Shown: in pieces, positions 1-9,100 of the stretch | Layout: each line of letters opens with the position of its first letter | How positions within the stretch are numbered: position 1 is the stretch's first letter | Source of the DNA: Auanema rhodensis | Lineage: Eukaryota; Animalia; Nematoda | Reading direction: 5' to 3' | Length of the DNA stretch: 64,000 nt | Assembly: GCA_964057225.1 (NCBI GenBank) | Contig: OZ059897.1 | Span: 17,546,001 to 17,610,000 of the forward strand | Made by a program: the position numbers and the translations under genes | The notes under the pieces: generated by a model | Databases searched by the model: none | Told to the model about the DNA's origin: nothing | The model's input: only the letters and a program-made list of their open reading frames with translations

Positions 1-53
1 AACGCTTAATACAAAAATTAGTTATGATCGTTTGAAAAATGATGCATTAGTGT

Positions 54-81
54 ATGTTGAGTTTCCATGTACACTCAACAT
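54..81. other. Inverted repeat / hairpin 1 (in every monomer): ATGTTGAGT-N10-ACTCAACAT
   Basis: 54-62 is the exact reverse complement of 73-81, giving a 9-bp stem with a 10-nt loop. Confidence 0.9.
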
Positions 82-95
82 TGCTTCCAAAAACA

Positions 96-128
96 TTTTG
101 ACAAAAATTTTTTCGAAAAATTTCAAAA
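96..128. other. Overlapping A/T-tract palindromes: TTTTG-A-CAAAA (96-106), AAAAATTTTT (103-112), TTTTTCGAAAAA (109-120)
   Basis: Read directly from the sequence. Low complexity, so dyads are easier to obtain by chance. Confidence 0.75.
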
Positions 129-231
129 TAATTTAGCAAAAAGTAGATGTTTTTAGATTCCTTTTTTCAAGGCAAAGACGATGGACAATGTTATTCAACG
201 AAAAAATTTATTCTTCAGGGTGAAAATCGAG

Positions 232-253
232 GATATAAGTGTGAACTTATATC
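232..253 (+). other. Inverted repeat / hairpin 2 (in every monomer): GATATAAGT-GTGA-ACTTATATC
   Basis: 232-240 is the exact reverse complement of 245-253. The 4-nt loop GTGA fits GNRA on the + strand. Confidence 0.9.
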
Positions 254-263
254 AGTTGATATC

Positions 264-330
264 TCGGTGCATTTTTAAGCTAGCGCAAATCTGATAACAC
301 AGATCGACGCAGCTTAAAAATCCGCATCGA
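264..330 (+). other. Long imperfect stem-loop / hairpin 3 (in every monomer), 67 nt with 26 paired positions
   Basis: 264-270 TCGGTGC pairs with 324-330 GCATCGA (one G.T); CC bulge; 271-281 ATTTTTAAGCT pairs perfectly with 311-321 AGCTTAAAAAT; A bulge; 283-285 GCG with 308-310 CGC; 3x3 internal loop; 289-293 ATCTG with 300-304 CAGAT; loop ATAACA. Confidence 0.88.
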
Positions 331-1599
331 ATGCACTATACTACAATGAAAAACGCTTAATACAAAAATTAGTTATGATCGTTTGAAAAATGATGCATTA
401 GTGTATGTTGAGTTTCCATGTACACTCAACATTGCTTCCAAAAACATTTTGACAAAAATTTTTTCGAAAAATTTCAAAATAATTTACCAAAAAGTAGATG
501 TTTTTAGATTCCTTTTTTCAAGGCAAAGACGATGGACAATGTTATTCAACGAAAAAAACAATTCTTCAGGGTGAAAATCGAGGATATAAGTGTGAACTTA
601 TATCAGTTGATATATCGGTGCATTTTTAAGCTAGCGCAAATCTGATAACACAGATCGACGCAGCTTACAAATCCGCATCGAATGCACTATACTACATTGA
701 GAAACGCTTAATACAAAAATTAGTTATGATCGTTTGAAAAATGATGCATTAGTGTATGTTGAGTTTCCATGTACACTCAACATTGCTTCCAAAAACATTT
801 TGACAAAAATTTTTTCGAAAAATTTCAAGATAATTTAGCAAAAAGTAGATGTTTTTAGATTCCTTTTTTCAAGGCAAAGACGATGGACAATGTTATTCAA
901 CGAAAAAATTAATTCTTCAGGGTGAAAATCGAGGATATAAGTGTGAACTTATATCAGTTGATATATCGGTGCATTTTTAAGCTAGCGCAAATCTGATAAC
1001 ACAGATCGACGCAGCTTAAAAATCTGCATCGAATGCACTATACTACATTGAGAAACGCTTAATACAAAAATTAGTTATGATTGTTTGAAAAATGATTCAT
1101 TAGTGTATGTTGAGTTTCCATGTACACTCAACATTGCTTCCAAAAACATTTTGACAAAACTTTTTTCGAAAAATTTCAAGATAATTTAGCAAAAAGTAGA
1201 TGTTTTTAGATTCCTTTTTTCAAGGCAAAGACGATGGACAATGTTATTCAACGAAAAAATTAATTCTTCAGGGTGAAAATCGAGGATATAAGTGTGAACT
1301 TATATCAATTGATATCTCGGTGCATTTTTAAGCTAGCGCAAATCTGATAACACAGATCGACGCAGCTTAAAAATCCGCATCGAATGCACTATACTACATT
1401 GAGAAACGCTTAATACAAAAATTAGTTATGATCGTTTGAAAAATGATGCATTAGTGTATGTTGAGTTTCCATGTACACTCAACATTGCTTCCAAAAACAT
1501 TTTGACAAAAATTTTTTCGAAAAATTTCAAGATAATTTAGCGAAAAGTAGATGTTTTTAGATTCCTTTTTTCAAGGCAAAGACGATGGACAATGTTATT

Positions 1600-4300
1600 C
1601 AACGAAAAAATTAATTCTTCAGGGTGAAAATCGAGGATATAAGTGTGAACTTATATCAGTTGATATCTCGGTGCATTTTTAAGCTAGCGCAAATCTGATA
1701 ACACAGATCGACGCAGCTTAAAAATCCGCATCGAATGCACTATACTACATTGAGAAACGCTAAATACAAAAATTAGTTATGATCGTTTGAAAAATGATGC
1801 ATTAGTGTATGTTGAGTTTCCATGTACACTCAACATTGCTTCCAAAAACATTTTGACAAAAATTTTTTCGAAAAATTTCAAAATAATTTAGCAAAAAGTA
1901 GATGTTTTTAGATTCCTTTTTTCAAGGCAAAGACGATGGACAATGTTATTCAACGAAAAAATTAATTCTTCAGGGTGAAAATCGAGGATATAAGTGTGAA
2001 CTTATATCAGTTGATATCTCGGTGCATTTTTAAGCTAGCGCAAATCTGATAACACAGATCGACGCAGCTTAAAAATCCGCATCGAATGCACTATACTACA
2101 TTGAGAAACGCTTAATACAAAAATTAGTTATGATCGTTTGAAAAATGATGCATTAGTGTATGTTGAGTTTCCATGTACACTCAACATTGCTACCAAAAAC
2201 ATTTTGACAAAAATTTTTTCGAAAAATTTCAAAATAATTTAGCAAAAAGTAGATGTTTTTAGATTCCTTTTTTCAAGGCAAAGACGATGGACAATGTTAT
2301 TCAACGAAAAAAACAATTCTTCAGGGTGAAAATCGAGGATATAAGTGTGAACTTATATCAGTTGATATATCGGTGCATTTTTAAGCTAGCGCAAATCTGA
2401 TAACACAGATCGACGCAGCTTACAAATCCGCATCGAATGCACTATACTACATTGAGAAACGCTTAATACAAAAATTAGTTATGATCGTTTGAAAAATGAT
2501 GCATTAGTGTATGTTGAGTTTCCATGTACACTCAACATTGCTTCCAAAAACATTTTGACAAAAATTTTTTCGAAAAATTTCAAGATAATTTAGCAAAAAG
2601 TAGATGTTTTTAGATTCCTTTTTTCAAGGCAAAGACGATGGACAATGTTATTCAACGAAAAAATTAATTCTTCAGGGTGAAAATCGAGGATATAAGTGTG
2701 AACTTATATCAGTTGATATCTCGGTGCATTTTTAAGCTAGCGCAAATCTGATAACACAGATCGACGTAGCTTAAAAATCCGCATCGAATGCACTATACTA
2801 CATTGAGAAACGCTTAATACAAAAATTAGTTATCATCGTTTGAAAAATGATGCATTAGTGTATGTTGAGTTTCCATGTACACTCAACATTGCTTCCAAAA
2901 ACATTTTGACAAAAATTTTTTCGAAAAATTTCAAAATAATTTAGCAAAAAGTAGATGTTTTTAGATTCCTTTTTTCAAGGCAAAGACGATGGACAATGTT
3001 ATTCAACGAAAAAATTAATTCTTCAGGGTGAAAATCGAGGATATAAGTGTGAACTTATATCAGTTGATATCTCGGTGCATTTTTAAGCTAGCGCAAATCT
3101 GATAACACAGATCGACGCAGCTTAAAAATCCGCATCGAATGCACTATACTACATTGAGAAACGCTAAATACAAAAATTAGTTATGATCGTTTGAAAAATG
3201 ATGCATTAGTGTATGTTGAGTTTCCATGTACACTCAACATTGCTTCCAAAAACATTTTGACAAAAATTTTTTCGAAAAATTTCAAAATAATTTAGCAAAA
3301 AGTAGATGTTTTTAGATTCCTTTTTTCAAGGCAAAGACGATGGACAATGTTATTCAACGAAAAAATTAATTCTTCAGGGTGAAAATCGAGGATATAAGTG
3401 TGAACTTATATCAGTTGATATCTCGGTGCATTTTTAAGCTAGCGCAAATCTGATAACACAGATCGACGCAGCTTAAAAATCCGCATCGAATGCACTATAC
3501 TACATTGAGAAACGCTTAATACAAAAATTAGTTATGATCGTTTGAAAAATGATGCATTAGTGTATGTTGAGTTTCCATGTACACTCAACATTGCTACCAA
3601 AAACATTTTGACAAAAATTTTTTCGAAAAATTTCAAAATAATTTAGCAAAAAGTAGATGTTTTTAGATTCCTTTTTTCAAGGCAAAGACGATGGACAATG
3701 TTATTCAACGAAAAAAACAATTCTTCAGGGTGAAAATCGAGGATATAAGTGTGAACTTATATCAGTTGATATATCGGTGCATTTTTAAGCTAGCGCAAAT
3801 CTGATAACACAGATCGACGCAGCTTACAAATCCGCATCGAATGCACTATACTACATAGAGAAACGCTTAATACAAAAATTAGTTATGATCGTTTGAAAAA
3901 TGATGCATTAGTGTATGTTGAGTTTCCATGTACACTCAACATTGCTTCCAAAAACATTTTGACAAAAATTTTTTCGAAAAATTTCAAGATAATTTAGCAA
4001 AAAGTAGATGTTTTTAGATTCCTTTTTTCAAGGCAAAGACGATGGACAATGTTATTCAACGAAAAAATTAATTCTTCAGGGTGAAAATCGAGGATATAAG
4101 TGTGAACTTATATCAGTTGATATCTCGGTGCATTTTTAAGCTAGCGCAAATCTGATAACACAGATCGACGTAGCTTAAAAATCCGCATCGAATGCACTAT
4201 ACTACATTGAGAAACGCTTAATACAAAAATTAGTTATGATCGTTTGAAAAATGATGCATTAGTGTATGTTGAGTTTCCATGTACACTCAACATTGCTTCC
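1600..4300 (+). repeat. 4-monomer (1404-bp) tandem duplication; boundaries approximate
   Basis: Markers spaced 1404 bp: T7A at 1762/3166, gctAcc at 2192/3596, A317C at 2423/3827, C310T at 2767/4171. Confidence 0.85.
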
Positions 4301-6169
4301 AAAAACATTTTGACAAAACTTTTTTCGAAAAATTTCAAGATAATTTAGCGAAAAGTAGATGTTTTTAGATTCCTTTTTTCAAGGCAAAGACGATGGACAA
4401 TGTTATTCAACGAAAAAATTAATTCTCCAGGGTGAAAATCGAGGATATAAGTGTGAACTTATATCAGTTGATATCTCGGTGCATTTTTAAGCTAGCGCAA
4501 ATCTGATAACACAGATCGACGCAGCTTAAAAGTCCGCATCGAATGCACTATACTACATTGAGAAACGCTTAATACAAAAATTAGTTATGATCGTTTGAAA
4601 AATGATGCATTAGTGTATGTTGAGTTTCCATGTACACTCAACATTGCTTCCAAAAACATTTTGACAAAACTTTTTTCGAAAAATTTCAAAATAATTTAGC
4701 AAAAAGTAGATGTTTTTAGATTCCTTTTTTCAAGGCAAAGACGATGGACAATGTTATTCAACGAAAAAATTTATTCTTCAGGGTGAAAATCGAGGATATA
4801 AGTGTGAACTTATATCAGTTGATATATCGGTGCATTTTTAAGCTAGCGCAAATCTGATAACACAGATCGACGCAGCTTAAAAATCTGCATCGAATGCACT
4901 ATACTACATTGAGAAACGCTTAATACAAAAATTAGTTATGATCGTTTGAAAAATGATTCATTAGTGTATGTTGAGTTTCCATGTACACTCAACATTGCTT
5001 CCAAAAACATTTTGACAAAACTTTTTTCGAAAAATTTCAAGATAATTTAGCAAAAAGTAGATGTTTTTAGATTCCTTTTTTCAAGGCAAAGACGATGGAC
5101 AATGTTATTCAACGAAAAAATTAATTCTTCAGGGTGAAAATCGAGGATATAAGTGTGAACTTATATCAGTTGATATCTCGGTGCATTTTTAAGCTAGCGC
5201 AAATCTGATAACACAGATCGACGCAGCTTAAAAATCCGCATCGAATGCACTATACTACATTGAGAAACGCTTAATACAAAAATTAGTTATGATCGTTTGA
5301 AAAATGATGCATTAGTGTATGTTGAGTTTCCATGTACACTCAACATTGCTTCCAAAAACATTTTGACAAAAATTTTTTCGAAAAATTTCAAAATAATTTA
5401 GCAAAAAGTAGATGTTTTTAGATTCCTTTTTTCAAGGCAAAGACGATGGACAATGTTATTCAACGAAAAAAACAATTCTTCAGGGTGAAAATCGAGGATA
5501 TAAGTGTGAACTTATATCAGTTGATATATCGGTGCATTTTTAAGCTAGCGCAAATCTGATAACACAGATCGACGCAGCTTACAAATCCGCATCGAATGCA
5601 CTATACTACATTGAGAAACGCTTAATACAAAAATTAGTTATGATCGTTTGAAAAATGATGCATTAGTGTATGTTGAGTTTCCATGTACACTCAACATTGC
5701 TTCCAAAAACATTTTGACAAAAATTTTTTCGAAAAATTTCAAAATAATTTAGCGAAAAGTAGATGTTTTTAGATTCCTTTTTTCAAGGCAAAGACGATGG
5801 ACAATGTTATTCAACGAAAAAATTAATTATTCAGGGTGAAAATCGAGGATATAAGTGTGAACTTATATCAGTTGATATCTCGGTGCATTTTTAAGCTAGC
5901 GCAAATCTGATAACACAGATCGACGTAGCTTGAAAATCCGCATCGAATGCACTATACTACATTGAGAAACGCTTAATACAAAAATTAGTTATGATCGTTT
6001 GAAAAATGATGCATTAGTGTATGTTGAGTTTCCATGTACACTCAACATTGCTTCCAAAAACATTTTGACAAAAATTTTTTCGAAAAATTTCAAAATAATT
6101 TAGCGAAAAGTAGATGTTTTTAGATTCCTTTTTTCAAGGCAAAGACGATGGACAATGTTATTCAACGAA

Positions 6170-9100
6170 AAAATTAATTCTTCAGGGTGAAAATCGAGGA
6201 TATAAGTGTGAACTTATATCAGTTGATATCTCGGTGCATTTTTAAGCTAGCGCAAATCTGATAACACAGATCGACGCAGCTTAAAAATCCGCATCGAATG
6301 CACTATACTACATTGAGAAACGCTAAATACAAAAATTAGTTATGATCGTTTGAAAAATGATGCATTAGTGTATGTTGAGTTTCCATGTACACTCAACATT
6401 GCTTCCAAAAACATTTTGACAAAAATTTTTTCGAAAAATTTCAAAATAATTTAGCGAAAAGTAGATGTTTTTAGATTCCTTTTTTCAAGGCAAAGACGAT
6501 GGACAATGTTATTCAACGAAAAAATTAATTCTTCAGGGTGAAAATCGAGGATATAAGTGTGAACTTATATCAGTTGATATCTCGGTGCATTTTTAAGCTA
6601 GCGCAAATCTGATAACACAGATCGACGCAGCTTAAAAATCCGCATCGAATGCACTATACTACATTGAGAAACGCTTAATACAAAAATTAGTTATGATCGT
6701 TTGAAAAATGATGCATTAGTGTATGTTGAGTTTCCATGTACACTCAACATTGCTTCCAAAAACATTTTGACAAAAATTTTTTCGAAAAATTTCAAAATAA
6801 TTTAGCAAAAAGTAGATGTTTTTAGATTCCTTTTTTCAAGGCAAAGACGATGGACAATGTTATTCAACGAAAAAAACAATTCTTCAGGGTGAAAATCGAG
6901 GATATAAGTGTGAACTTATATCAGTTGATATATCGGTGCATTTTTAAGCTAGCGCAAATCTGATAACACAGATCGACGCAGCTTAAAAATCCGCATCGAA
7001 TGCACTATACTACATTGAGAAACGCTAAATACAAAAATTAGTTATGATCGTTTGAAAAATGATGCATTAGTGTATGTTGAGTTTCCATGTACACTCAACA
7101 TTGCTTCCAAAAACATTTTGACAAAAATTTTTTCGAAAAATTTCAAAATAATTTAGCAAAAAGTAGATGTTTTTAGATTCCTTTTTTCAAGGCAAAGACG
7201 ATGGACAATGTTATTCAACGAAAAAATTAATTCTTCAGGGTGAAAATCGAGGATATAAGTGTGAACTTATATCAGTTGATATCTCGGTGCATTTTTAAGC
7301 TAGCGCAAATCTGATAACACAGATCGACGCAGCTTAAAAATCCGCATCGAATGCACTATACTACATTGAGAAACGCTTAATACAAAAATTAGTTATGATC
7401 GTTTGAAAAATGATGCATTAGTGTATGTTGAGTTTCCATGTACACTCAACATTGCTTCCAAAAACATTTTGACAAAAATTTTTTCGAAAAATTTCAAAAT
7501 AATTTAGCAAAAAGTAGATGTTTTTAGATTCCTTTTTTCAAGGCAAAGACGATGGACAATGTTATTCAACGAAAAAAACAATTCTTCAGGGTGAAAATCG
7601 AGGATATAAGTGTGAACTTATATCAGTTGATATATCGGTGCATTTTTAAGCTAGCGCAAATCTGATAACACAGATCGACGCAGCTTACAAATCCGCATCG
7701 AATGCACTATACTACATTGAGAAACGCTTAATACAAAAATTAGTTATGATCGTTTGAAAAATGATGCATTAGTGTATGTTGAGTTTCCATGTACACTCAA
7801 CATTGCTTCCAAAAACATTTTGACAAAACTTTTCGAAAAATTTCAAGATAATTTAGCAAAAAGTAGATGTTTTTAGATTCCTTTTTTCAAGGCAAAGACG
7901 ATGGACAATGTTATTCAACGAAAAAATTAATTCTTCAGGGTGAAAATCGAGGATATAAGTGTGAACTTATATCAGTTGATATCTCGGTGCATTTTTAAGC
8001 TAGCGCAAATCTGATAACACAGATCGACGTAGCTTAAAAATCCGCATCGAATGCACTATACTACACTGAGAAACGCTTAATACAAAAATTAGTTATGATC
8101 GTTTGAAAAATGATGCATTAGTGTATGTTGAGTTTCCATGTACACTCAACATTGCTTCCAAAAACATTTTGACAAAAATTTTTTCGAAAAATTTCAAAAT
8201 AATTTAGCGAAAAGTAGATGTTTTTAGATTCCTTTTTTCAAGGCAAAGACGATGGACAATGTTATTCAACGAAAAAATTTATTCTTCAGGGTGAAAATCG
8301 AGGATATAAGTGTGAACTTATATCAGTTGATATCTCGGTGCATTTTTAAGCTAGCGCAAATCTGATAACACAGATCGACGCAGCTTAAAAATCTGCATCG
8401 AATGCACTATACTACATTGAGAAACGCTTAATACAAAAATTAGTTATGATCGTTTGAAAAATGATTCATTAGTGTATGTTGAGTTTCCATGTACACTCAA
8501 CATTGCTTCCAAAAACATTTTGACAAAACTTTTCGAAAAATTTCAAGATAATTTAGCAAAAAGTAGATGTTTTTAGATTCCTTTTTTCAAGGCAAAGACG
8601 ATGGACAATGTTATTCAACGAAAAAATTAATTCTTCAGGGTGAAAATCGAGGATATAAGTGTGAACTTATATCAGTTGATATCTCGGTGCATTTTTAAGC
8701 TAGCGCAAATCTGATAACACAGATCGACGTAGCTTAAAAATCCGCATCGAATGCACTATACTACATTGAGAAACGCTTAATACAAAAATTAGTTATGATC
8801 GTTTGAAAAATGATGCATTAGTGTATGTTGAGTTTCCATGTACACTCAACATTGCTTCCAAAAACATTTTGACAAAAATTTTTTCGAAAAATTTCAAAAT
8901 AATTTAGCGAAAAGTAGATGTTTTTAGATTCCTTTTTTCAAGGCAAAGACGATGGACAATGTTATTCAACGAAAAAATTTATTCTTCAGGGTGAAAATCG
9001 AGGATATAAGTGTGAACTTATATCAGTTGATATCTCGGTGCATTTTTAAGCTAGCGCAAATCTGATAACACAGATCGACGCAGCTTAAAAATCTGCATCG

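Larger units (their letters stand above)
1..351 (+). repeat. Representative 351-bp monomer (arbitrary phase)
   Basis: About 31% GC (109/351 by hand count), many A4-6/T4-6 tracts, 12 CpGs. Single sites for NsiI (42-47), BsrGI (68-73), BstBI (112-117) and NheI (279-284), plus a polymorphic EcoRV site (258-263). Confidence 0.98.

Noticed and set aside
111-127. CENP-B box
   Set aside because: TTCG....A matches but the required CGGG is absent (TTCGAAAAATTTCAA).
249-284. Helitron 3' end (hairpin plus CTAG)
   Set aside because: CTAG at 280-283 is not followed by T, the upstream dyad is AT-rich, and there is no element boundary or Rep/helicase sequence.
1-351. 5S rRNA, tRNA, snRNA or spliced-leader tandem gene unit
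   Set aside because: I recognised no 5S, cloverleaf or spliced-leader sequence and no convincing Pol III A/B/C boxes, and the unit is too AT-rich.
291-355. Satellite-encoded hammerhead ribozyme (as in newt, schistosome and cave-cricket satellites)
   Set aside because: The closest core is CTGATAA rather than CUGANGA (G8 missing), it sits inside hairpin 3, and no stem II closes onto a GAAA. The minus-strand CTGATAT also fails. An Infernal search would be the definitive test.
340-490. Cluster of rare variants at 346, 350 and 487 as a possible array edge
   Set aside because: Three substitutions are too few to call an edge, and upstream sequence is not visible. They could be errors or ordinary variants.
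383-574. 63-aa plus-strand ORF
   Set aside because: It is opened by a private TAG>TAC change at 487 in a single monomer, has a TTG start, and is an AT-rich low-complexity translation.
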